Shown here: one piece after another, positions 1-10,084 of the stretch
Position numbering within the stretch: the first letter of the stretch is position 1
Layout of the letters: each line of letters opens with the position of its first letter
Source of the DNA: Flectonema sp. DT1601
Taxonomy: Eukaryota
NCBI GenBank assembly: GCA_964019425.1
Contig: OZ025787.1
Span: 1-64,000, forward strand
Direction: 5' to 3'
Length of the DNA stretch: 64,000 nucleotides
Position numbers and translations under genes: made by a program
Notes under the pieces: model-generated
Seen by the model: the letters and a program-made list of their open reading frames with translations, nothing else
What the model was told of the DNA's origin: nothing
The model's database searches: none

Positions 1-2589
1 CGGGTTTGCTGGGGGGGTTTTGCGGGGTTTGCGGGTTTGCGGGTCCGTTTGCGGGGTTTGTCGTTTGCGGGTTGCGGGTTTGCGGTGTTTGCGGTGCGGT
101 TGGATCTGTTTGCGGGTTTTGCGGGTTTGCGGGTTTTGCGGGTTTGCGGGTTTGCGGTTTGCGGGTTTGCGGGTTGCCCGTTTGCGGCGTTTGCGGGTTT
201 GCGGGTTTGCGGTTGCTGTTTGCGGTCGTTTGCGGGTTTTGCGGTTTTGCGGGTTTTGCGGGTTTGCGGGTTTGCGGGTTTGCGGGTTTGCGGGTTTGCG
301 GGTTTGCGGGTTTGCGGGTTTGCGGGTTTGCGGGTTTGCGGGTTTGCGGGTTTGCGGGTTTGCGGGTTTGCGGGTTTGCGGGTTTGCGGGTTTGCGGGTT
401 TGCGGGTTTGCGGGTTTGCGGGTTTGCGGGTTTGCGGGTTTGCGGGTTTGCGGGTTTGCGGGTTTGCGGGTTTGCGGGTTTGCGGGTTTGCGGGTTTGCG
501 GGTTTGCGGGTTTGCGGGTTTGCGGGTTTGCGGGTTTGCGGGTTTGCGGGTTTGCGGGTTTGCGGGTTTGCGGGTTTGCGGGTTTGCGGGTTTGCGGGTT
601 TGCGGGTTTGCGGGTTTGCGGGTTTGCGGGTTTGCGGGTTTGCGGGTTTGCGGGTTTGCGGGTTTGCGGGTTTGCGGGTTTGCGGGTTTGCGGGTTTGCG
701 GGTTTGCGGGTTTGCGGGTTTGCGGGTTTGCGGGTTTGCGGGTTTGCGGGTTTGCGGGTTTGCGGGTTTGCGGGTTTGCGGGTTTGCGGGTTTGCGGTTT
801 GCGGGTTTGCGGGTTTGCGGGTTTGCGGGTTTGCGGGTTTGCGGGTTTGCGGGTTTGCGGGTTTGCGGGTTTGCGGGTTTGCGGGTTTGCGGGTTTGCGG
901 GTTTGCGGGTTTGCGGGTTTGCGGGTTTGCGGGTTTGCGGGTTTGCGGGTTTGCGGGTTTGCGGGTTTGCGGGTTTGCGGGTTTGCGGGTTTGCGGGTTT
1001 GCGGGTTTGCGGGTTTGCGGGTTTGCGGGTTTGCGGGTTTGCGGGTTTGCGGGTTTGCGGGTTTGCGGGTTTGCGGGTTTGCGGGTTTGCGGGTTTGCGG
1101 GTTTGCGGGTTTGCGGGTTTGCGGGTTTGCGGGTTTGCGGGTTTGCGGGTTTGCGGGTTTGCGGGTTTGCGGGTTTGCGGGTTTGCGGGTTTGCGGGTTT
1201 GCGGGTTTGCGGGTTTGCGGGTTTGCGGGTTTGCGGGTTTGCGGGTTTGCGGGTTTGCGGGTTTGCGGGTTTGCGGGTTTGCGGGTTTGCGGGTTTGCGG
1301 GTTTGCGGGTTTGCGGGTTTGCGGGTTTGCGGGTTTGCGGGTTTGCGGGTTTGCGGGTTTGCGGGTTTGCGGGTTTGCGGGTTTGCGGGTTTGCGGGTTT
1401 GCGGGTTTGCGGGTTTGCGGGTTTGCGGGTTTGCGGGTTTGCGGGTTTGCGGGTTTGCGGGTTTGCGGGTTTGCGGGTTTGCGGGTTTGCGGGTTTGCGG
1501 GTTTGCGGGTTTGCGGGTTTGCGGGTTTGCGGGTTTGCGGGTTTGCGGGTTTGCGGGTTTGCGGGTTTGCGGGTTTGCGGGTTTGCGGGTTTGCGGGTTT
1601 GCGGGTTTGCGGGTTTGCGGGTTTGCGGGTTTGCGGGTTTGCGGGTTTGCGGGTTTGCGGGTTTGCGGGTTTGCGGGTTTGCGGGTTTGCGGGTTTGCGG
1701 GTTTGCGGGTTTGCGGGTTTGCGGGTTTGCGGGTTTGCGGGTTTGCGGGTTTGCGGGTTTGCGGGTTTGCGGGTTTGCGGGTTTGCGGGTTTGCGGGTTT
1801 GCGGGTTTGCGGGTTTGCGGGTTTGCGGGTTTGCGGGTTTGCGGGTTTGCGGGTTTGCGGGTTTGCGGGTTTGCGGGTTTGCGGGTTTGCGGGTTTGCGG
1901 GTTTGCGGGTTTGCGGGTTTGCGGGTTTGCGGGTTTGCGGGTTTGCGGGTTTGCGGGTTTGCGGGTTTGCGGGTTTGCGGGTTTGCGGGTTTGCGGGTTT
2001 GCGGGTTTGCGGGTTTGCGGGTTTGCGGGTTTGCGGGTTTGCGGGTTTGCGGGTTTGCGGGTTTGCGGGTTTGCGGGTTTGCGGGTTTGCGGGTTTGCGG
2101 GTTTGCGGGTTTGCGGGTTTGCGGGTTTGCGGGTTTGCGGGTTTGCGGGTTTGCGGGTTTGCGGGTTTGCGGGTTTGCGGGTTTGCGGGTTTGCGGGTTT
2201 GCGGGTTTGCGGGTTTGCGGGTTTGCGGGTTTGCGGGTTTGCGGGTTTGCGGGTTTGCGGGTTTTGCGGGTTTGCGGGTTTGCGGGTTTGCGGGTTTGCG
2301 GGTTTGCGGGTTTGCGGGTTTGCGGGTTTGCGGGTTTGCGGGTTTGCGGGTTTGCGGGTTTGCGGGTTTGCGGGTTTGCGGGTTTGCGGGTTTGCGGGTT
2401 TGCGGGTTTGCGGGTTTGCGGGTTTGCGGGTTTGCGGGTTTGCGGGTTTGCGGGTTTGCGGGTTTGCGGGTTTGCGGGTTTGCGGGTTTGCGGGTTTGCG
2501 GGTTTGCGGGTTTGCGGGTTTGCGGGTTTGCGGGTTTGCGGGTTTGCGGGTTTGCGGGTTTGCGGGTTTGCGGGTTTGCGGGTTTGCGG
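1..2589 (+). repeat. Telomere-like 8-bp tandem array (TTTGCGGG)n, ~320 copies, degenerate in the first ~260 bp
   Basis: Near-perfect GGGTTTGC repeats from the window start to 2589. One residual stretch (tgcggttttgcgggtt) lies at 2745-2760. The three long + strand ORFs here are translations of the repeat. Confidence 0.97.
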
Positions 2590-2744
2590 ATTAAAAATGG
2601 GTAACTTGAAATAAGCCCCGTACCCACTATAGCCATCGTTTTCATTTTTGCATGCTTAGGCAAAGGAAAAACAAGTTTAATTCACAAAAACAAAAACAAA
2701 AATAACTTTGTGCGAGCGAAGCGAGCCTGGACGGGTATCTCTAG
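2590..2744 (+). mobile_element. Short non-autonomous Helitron-like element or its 3' end, embedded at the edge of the array
   Basis: GCGAGCGAAGCGAGC (GCGAAGC mini-hairpin) at 2712-2726, followed 14 nt later by CTAG|T at 2741-2745. This is the usual Helitron 3'-end layout. The array sequence flanks it on both sides. Confidence 0.5.
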
Positions 2745-2874
2745 TGCGGTTTTGCGGGTTACAGGGAAGTTTGATAAAACTTGTTGTGAATGATTATAAA
2801 ATATTTTCAAACGTAACAGCAGATAATCTATAGAACATCAGAGTACTATTTACGAACATTAGGAAAACTTTACC

Positions 2875-3007
2875 ATAGATAGATAGATAGATAGATAAGG
2901 AAGTCCAATACATTGCGTACTGTGCATCGCTGATACAGCAAACTAGGGAGCATCGGGTTAACTCCCTAGAGCTACGAGGCAACAGCAACGTAATTAGACC
3001 CAATCTT
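2875..3007 (-). mobile_element. Dispersed repeat, probable SINE or LINE 3' end with (TCTA)n tail
   Basis: Clearly homologous to 33477-33598. It has an internal hairpin CTAGGGAG-N11-CTCCCTAG and ends on the minus strand in a TCTA microsatellite. Confidence 0.6.
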
Positions 3008-3283
3008 ATTAGGATTGTTTTATTATAGCTTCGGCTGACGGGGCATAATGAACACAGTATGCCTATTGTCAGCTTTCCACCTTGTCCGATTGTTGTCAGG
3101 AAGTGATATGAGGATAACTAAAGAGAAAAGAAAACAAATAAATGAATATATAAAATTAAAAAGATAATAAAATAAAATATATAAAAACAAAGACTCTGGG
3201 GGCGGGGCGTTTGGATTCTGTAAGGGATAGAATTTTTCTTTATTTTATTTTTTTTGATAATGTTGTATATAACTAAAGGAGAG

Positions 3284-3930
3284 TTATCGAACTTGTCTGT
3301 TAAACCACGCCGCATCGATACGGCTGTATTGGGAGTCCTGGATTTTGTCGAGGAGCTTTTTCATGCTTGTATCGTTGTTAAGATAGTCAGGATAGCAGTA
3401 CATCCATACCCAATCAATATTGGTATGTATTTCCTCTATGTCGGTGAGAGTGTAGGCTTCTTTAATGTACGCAACGACTGTTTTTCGTGTTGCTGTGTTG
3501 AAGGTCGGAAAGCTAGTCCACTTATACAAATGTTCCATAAGGTGCTGTTGAGGTATTGCCTGCCATAGTGGGAGTTCATGTAATTTCATTATCAACTTCA
3601 TAAGCTCTGGTTGGTGTTCTGTCGAGAAGAATTTGTGGAGGTTTTGACCGACATCCATTTCTCCTTGTTCAAGAGTTTCTGTTGGAGGGAAGTATTGTTG
3701 CACAATTGGGCGTAATGCGAGACAATTGAATAATAAGTGATGCGTGCTTGTTAACGGCTCGTTACAGAAGTTGCAATTCGTGAGACCCTGAGAGGGGATC
3801 TTGATCAAATGGTGGTGACCCGTGCGGAGGCGTGAAATGTGTACTTCATCAGACCGCTTCAGGTTTGGATGGAAGCGTTGAATTCTTCCCCCGAGGGTTG
3901 ACCTTCGAAAGCTACCTCTGTAATTTGGAG
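3284..3930 (-). pseudogene. C-terminal Zn-finger segment of pol (frameshifted)
   Basis: The frame upstream of ORF 3284..3808 reads LKRSDEVHISRLRTGHHHLIK, then CNFCNEPLTSTHHLLFNC. Confidence 0.8.
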
Positions 3931-6900
3931 AGTATCAGAAGACGCTGCTTTACTTGCTTGCGAATCGGCCAGCTCGTTACCAATTATTCCACAATGGGAG
4001 GGCACAAATTGGAAGGTGATCGGGCGACGGAGCAGCATTATGCGTTTTAGTATCTCCATGTTCGTGGTGGATCTCTGGCGGAGATATCCCTTTGCCAGGC
4101 TGCTTACCGAGGACTGACTGTCGGTGATGATATGGACTCTCCCTCTGGGGAGCCAGGAGGAGTGTTCTTCCAACAGTTCAACTGCTGATAGGAGAGCTTG
4201 TTGCTCCGCATTGTATATCATCAGTGCAGGTGTATAGCGCTTCCTCTTAGAGAAGCATTTGTTTCCTATGATCAGACAGGCTGCATTGCCACATCGATAA
4301 TTCTGTTCTTTGTCTTGGAAATAGGACGCGTCAGTGTATAGTCGGGCGATTGCTGGCGGGAGTTTCTTCATTGTTGACAGAGCAGCTTCTAAGTTCTGAA
4401 CGGGTTCCAAGGATTTACGGAACTCTCTCCAGGGGTTAAAAGTTACATCTGGCGGAGGCTCCCATGGTGCTTGGTGATGCGGAAGGCAGTGGTGTGAACG
4501 CAACGATGGAGTAGGATATCTGTTGGAGTGGATGGAAGCAAATGTTTTCCAGATGCTCGATGTTTTCTCAGGGTCTAAGATGGACCACGAGGGGCTGTTC
4601 TTGTTATTACGCAAGAATCGTTCATTCATTAACGCAGTAGATTTCGAAAGGTGTAGTTTGAATGGTAATATGCCGGATTCTACTGAAAGGGCCGGTGTAG
4701 CTGTTGAGTTAAGGCAGCCGGTAAGTTTCCGTTGGAGAACACGTTGTGTCAGCTCAATCTCCTCCTGCGCCTTTTTGGAGAGGAGGGGAGCAAATGCTGC
4801 TAGACCATAATATGCTCTTGAGAGGATTAGACCGAAAATTACTTGTCTTATCACCTCTGTCTTTACCTGATATGATGAGACCATCGAGAGGAGAGCAATC
4901 CCACGTTTCAGAGTGTTCAGGATTTTTGTTTTCTGTGATTCAAAGGTAAGATTATCATCAATTATAACACCCAGGTACCGAGTTTGTTTCACCTGACGAA
5001 GTGGGATGGCGGCTGTCAAAGAAAATCCACCCTTCGGAATGGTGTTTATGAATTGCGATCGATTGTTCACGCTACGTCCATTTATACCTAAGGGAAAGAT
5101 GGGTCCGTTTTCAAAGTTAAGTAAAGCAGCAGCCCCATCATCTATATGATCATAAAAGAATTGATAAGACCCACGTGGAATTGGGACATCATCAACTGTC
5201 GAGGGGAAATAAAGACGCGGACGCCGACAGATGCGTTTGTCTTCCGTAAAACGTTTGCCTATGGACATGTATTCTGTTTTTGAATGGGATAATGACATTC
5301 TGGAGTTATCCAGACAGCATTCTACTTGACCTATTGCTTTGTTGGCTCTCGCTTCCAAATCGTCGATTGTCGAGCTACTTACATATACCGCAAGATCATC
5401 GGCGTATAGTAGTGAGGTGTCAGATACCGTAATGGACTCTGGTAAGGAGTCAACGTACATTCGAAAAAGTAATGGGCCAAGAATACTACCTTGGGGAACC
5501 CCCTTTGTACAGGCTATAGGTTTTGAGCGGGTACTACCATGAAGAAGGTGAGCGGTGCGATCTGAAAGGAAGTTGCCTATCCATCGTACAAAGGGAGCCG
5601 GTAGTAAAGGTTTTATCCTATCCATAAGTAGGTTGTGGTCTACGTTGTCGAAAGCCCCCGAAATATCAAAGAGTATGAGCACAGCGCATTGGAGATAGTC
5701 GCTTTTAGTTTCGGAGGCTGCGTTGATAAGTACTGCAATATTTTCGTCTGTTGTTCTGCCGGGGACAAATCCAGACTGCTTGGGATCAAGTCTATCTATC
5801 AATAAGTGCTCCAGTCTGGAGAGCATCAAAGACTCTATGAACTTCGATAATATTGAGGTCAAAGATATAGGGCGGTAAGATGCTGCATCAGTTGGGTCTC
5901 TCTTGTTTCCTTTATAGGTTGGGATCACATGAGCTACTTTTAAACATTTTGGCAGTGTTCCTCTATAGAATGACCAGTTGGCTATGCGTAGTATAAGATG
6001 TAAAGCTTGTTCACCCAGGTGGAGGAGCATGTTATTTGAGATTGCGTCAGGTCCGGTTGAGTCTGATCTTTTCAAGGAGTCCAGAACAGCTTGGGCCTCT
6101 GAGGTCGAGAAGGGCCTGCAAGAGGGATCGGAAAATGCCTGAGGGGAAACCGTAGGTATTTGAAGTTCATCCGAGCGTGAATCTGTAGGAAAGAAGCGCT
6201 GGTGAAGTGATTCTAGCGGAGCAGACGGGGTGTGAAGTCCAGTAGCCTCTCCCTTAAGTTCTCGTAATTTCTTATAGGTCCAAGAGAACCCTCTCTTGCC
6301 ACTTTGTAATAAAATATTTTCGGCATTGAGATTTGAGCGTTGATGTTGTGAGGCTTTTAATGGGTACCATTTGTTAGGTAAGGTGGAGATTGCAATACTG
6401 TCAATTGTTTTGAGAAGAGCCTTGCAGAGTTTGCTTAGAGATCTAATGTTATTTAGACGTGGGCACTGAGACTCGAGAGATGCTGTAAATGCTTTCCAAT
6501 GTAATTCCGTGAATTTATCGTAGAAGAATTTACGATGGGCTGGTATTTGTTGGGATGAAGAGAGTGGAGTGACGTCGAAATCGGTGATTATAGGAGTGTG
6601 GTCAGAGTTAACCAGGGAGGGATCTATTTGGATTGAATTGAAACACTTGAACTGAGGAGAATGTAAAGCAAGGTCAGGAGTTGTTCCGTGTGTTGGTATA
6701 GAAGGAGAAAGTTGTATGACTGCCAAACCATTATCAAGTATCCAATTACTAACTACCTTCCCTGAAGCTTTTCTAGGGATCTTATTGTTAGAAGACCACG
6801 ATTCGTGGTGGGCATTAAAGTCTCCGAAGGTGAGGTCACTCAAGTTGAAGGATTTCGGTAGGTGTAGAGCGTCTGGAGGGATATAGATGTTACAGGTCGA

Positions 6901-7101
6901 GACGTTACCCAGCACAGTTTTAAATGTACAATAAAGTGATTCAATGTAAGTATGACTACAGTCTTCTGCGATGAATTCGGCATGTAAGGAGCATTTGAAA
7001 TAAGACAGAAGGCCTCCACCAACAGTTTTATTTGCGCTGACTCTGTCACGACGATGTAGATCGAAGCCTTTAATTTGAAGAAGATCATCTGAATACATCA
7101 C
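3859..7101 (-). pseudogene. Main pol segment of the retrotransposon (most of APE, RT, RNase H)
   Basis: 1080-aa ORF with the motifs above. It joins the upstream APE start by a frameshift in the TTAAAAAG homopolymer (~7102-7107) and the downstream Zn-finger segment by another frameshift. Confidence 0.9.
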
Positions 7102-9099
7102 TTTTTAACCATGATTCTTGGATATGAATAATATCGGGGTCGTAAGATGCAACTAGGTCTTCAAGATGAAGACGAGAAGATTTATAACGGTTCATGTTCC
7201 AGGAGAGGACGCGAAGAGGCCCAGGGTTGGGGTGCACACCTGAACGTAGGAGATTTACTCTCGCTGTTACTGTTTCATGGTACTGTTTCTTTGGTGGCGG
7301 TGGCATCACTGATTGATAGTCCCTTGTTAGGTCACGAGTTCTAGATCCTTCCTTGGCTGTGAGCGCTGAATTGGCACGAGGGCGGCGATCCTTGTCAGCG
7401 TTACCCTTATTCCTCTGGTTCTTTTGGGAATTGGTATCACCTCTGTGGGACCTGTTCAGTTTTTTTAATGCATCGAGTTCTACAGTAGACTCGTTGGTTT
7501 GATACCCTGGATCCTGGGGCGAGTAGTTCACGGCAGCATCCTCGGGAGTTATTTGATGGCCGAATTGGGTTTCAGTTTCATGGTCTACCGTCATCAGAGA
7601 GTAAGAGTTACATAAATTAGGAGAGCTAGGTGTTGGGGGTGTTGGTTCCGGTTGAAGTCAGCCACTCATTTCAACATCATCATCTGACCAATCGAATTTT
7701 CTATTCGAATCACAGCTGTCAAGCTGTAACTGCAACTGCTCATCGACAGATAATTTGTTTTCTTTGTAGACTGGACCAGTCGCCTTTACCGTCTTCACCG
7801 GAGTTTTCGAAAGTTTCTTAATTATCAAGTATTTATCACTACCCATAGGGAAGTAGTCTGGTGGGGTATTTTCGGAGTGGGCTATCATTAATCTGCTGTT
7901 CCCTCTCACGTATGACGCTCACTACTGTGTGAGTCCACACATTGCTGAGCGACTCTGACAGTTGGTCCCTTGAGTATCTGAGGAGTCCTCTTGCCTCTAT
8001 TCTGAACCTCTCACCATCAGGGAGCGGTGGCTGGGCGTGTGAACCTAACTTTTGTCTTATGCTGCTTTGTATGTTAGGTGGACACCTTAACCCGTAGCAG
8101 TTTTTGAAGCGGGCCAAGAAAAATTTCCCGCTTGACTTCGCGATCTGTGAAATGCTCTTCGCTTCCACATAATTGTTTGTCTTCAGGTGGACTGAGGGCC
8201 ATCTCTCGTCTCCTCTCGACCACGACGGAAGAGTGAAGAACAGGAACTCGCTCTTTCCATTATGGTCAAGAACTTTGTCAATCATTGTACTGTCGAGCCT
8301 CATACATATGGAAGTATGGACATCCGAGCTTTTGAAATTAAACAGCTCAACAGTTTTGGAGATTGAATCACCGAGCTGGTTTCTGACTTTCGAAAGGAGT
8401 TTCTTCTTATCTGATTTCCCCCAGTCTTGAGCGATAATAACTGGGTCCGATTTTAGTGTGGAGTCGGATTCGGATATCTTTGACCCACTGATATGCGTGA
8501 TGTAGCAGGTTCTGAAGTTGGCGCTTCCCGATTTGTTTACTGCTGGCATCGTTCGCTTTACTGAGGACTTATCCAACGCAGTTCTGGAGAGGGCTGCCCA
8601 GTTGTAAAGGCTTTCCTTTTTCATCGACTTGAGAATGTCGAGTTGTTCGTTACCGTTTACAAATACGTAGCTGTTGCAGGGCGTACGTTCAGGGTCAACA
8701 GCCACGTCGAATGTGACTGTATCACAATCCAGGGACGAGTCAAAGTACGAAGGATTTGTGAACTCGCCATGACGGCTGTGTTCTATCTGGTGAAGAGTCC
8801 TGGGCTGGTTTCCTCGTGCCTTTTTTGGTGGAGAACGGGACCGACTTCCAGGCGGTCGGTGCTTCCTTCTCTAATTTAGAAGTCTCCCACTTCTGTTGCT
8901 GTTTCTGTTTCGGCTGTTGTAGCTGAATCGGCTGCTGATTGTGCGGCAGCTTCTCGTTCTTCGTTCTTCCAAATTTTATTATCTTGGCCATAAGGCCGCT
9001 AATTTTTTTCACTGCCGACCTCTCGCAGAAATGGTCGGCGGCGAACAACTCCAGAAGCTCTATAGCTTCGCTCATTAAATCACTAAATGAATTAGTCAT
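7085..9099 (-). pseudogene. ORF1-like N-terminal region (~630 codons) plus 2A-like peptide and APE start, broken by frameshifts and one in-frame TGA
   Basis: Abutting ORF pieces 8740-9099, 7839-8705, 7658-7909 and 7085-7594. The last two are in the same frame, separated only by the TGA at 7660-7658. Confidence 0.7.
7217..7255 (-). other. 2A-like (StopGo/ribosomal skip) peptide NLLRSGVHPNPG|P
   Basis: NPGP core preceded by LLxxG, immediately N-terminal to the APE domain (LRVLSWN). This is the same position as the 2A in trypanosomatid L1Tc/ingi. The canonical D and E residues are missing. Confidence 0.75.
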
Positions 9100-9164
9100 C
9101 TTGCTGTTTTCCTGATGGGTGGAAACCCGCACAAAATTGAAGTCTCACCCGGAAGGTTCGAAAT

Positions 9165-9179
9165 CAATAAAGTACAGAA
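9165..9179 (-). other. Spliced-leader relic TTCTGTACTTTATTG at the retrotransposon 5' end
   Basis: 15-nt match to the 3' end of the diplonemid SL exon as I recall it (...CAGTTTCTGTACTTTATTG). It is not followed by a GT donor. The first downstream ATG (9099) opens ORF1. Confidence 0.7.
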
Positions 9180-9345
9180 TGTTATTTGTTTGTACACACT
9201 AGTGTAATAATTAATAATTTCAAAAAAGAATTGTTTCCCAAAAGGAGATGAATGCACACAACAGCGTCACCGATAACTAAGTTCTTGCATCTGACAATTT
9301 TCATTTAATTTTTTTGTAACAGTCTCCCAGAACGAGATCTTAGTA

Positions 9346-9501
9346 TCCAACTATAGCTGTGTTTACAATGCAATCATTGTTGTTACTTGAAATCCGTCCA
9401 ACTATAGCTGTGTTTACAATGCAATCATTGTTGTTACTTGAAATCCGTCCAACTATAGCTGTGTTTACAATGCAATCATTGTTGTTACTTGAAATCCGTC
9501 C
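9346..9501. repeat. 51-bp tandem repeat, 3 perfect copies
   Basis: Unit TCCAACTATAGCTGTGTTTACAATGCAATCATTGTTGTTACTTGAAATCCG at 9346, 9397 and 9448. Confidence 0.97.
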
Positions 9502-10084
9502 TCTCTTCGTCCCTTTCCATTTTGTTAATGAGGTGTGGTTGGCACAAAAAATAAAAAAAAAGGAAAAGATAATTGTCCGATAATTCAATAGTTGGGTTAC
9601 AGATACTCACTGTGTGGTCAACGTGTGAACACACTTAAAAGTGAACTCCTCGGAGAGGAAGAACTTAGAAAACACGTGAGTCTTCATAAAGTTGGAGAGA
9701 GGATACCAAAGAAGAATTCTTTCCTTGCTCTGTTCGGGAAAGCCTAAAGTACAGAACATTATCTCCTCGTACAGGACAAGGGACATGACTTGAATAATTA
9801 ATTATTATTATTTAATATTATAATAATACTCATACTTGTACCCCTTTAAAGGGGGCAAAATAAAGGGGAAATTAAAGGGCTTTTAATGCCCTTTAATTTC
9901 CGTAATTCCAAAATAAAGGGGAAATAAAGGGCTTTTAATCCAAATAAAGGGCTTTTTTCCCTTTTTTTCCAAAATAAAGGGGAAATAAAGGGGAAATAAG
10001 CGGAATAAAGGGGGGTGGGAAAGCCCCTTTATTTCCGCTTTATTTATTAAATCCCAAGGCACCCACCACGCTGCGTCATCCTAA

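Larger units (their letters stand above)
3233..9179 (-). mobile_element. Apparently full-length, decayed non-LTR retrotransposon (APE-RT-RNaseH-CCHC; Ingi/L1Tc/I-group-like)
   Basis: APE motifs SWNMN, IQESW, GDFNAH, PDLAL, SDH. RT motifs YRPISLTS, FDISGAFD, GVPQGSILGP, YADD, YLGV. RNase H motifs YTDAS, AEQQA, TDSQS, VPSHCGIIGNELAD. Then SRLRTGH and a CxxC..H..C finger. A-rich tail at 3233-3255. No clear TSD found. Confidence 0.93.

Noticed and set aside
6..2614. Three ~860-aa ORFs (GFAGLRVC repeats)
   Set aside because: They are translations of a stop-free 8-bp repeat, open in all three frames.
3225..3240. Target-site duplication for the retrotransposon
   Set aside because: Only a 5-nt ATTCT microhomology with the 5' junction is visible, too short to call.
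9165..9300. SL RNA gene
   Set aside because: Only the last 15 nt of the exon match, there is no GT donor or SL intron after it, and there is no tandem array.
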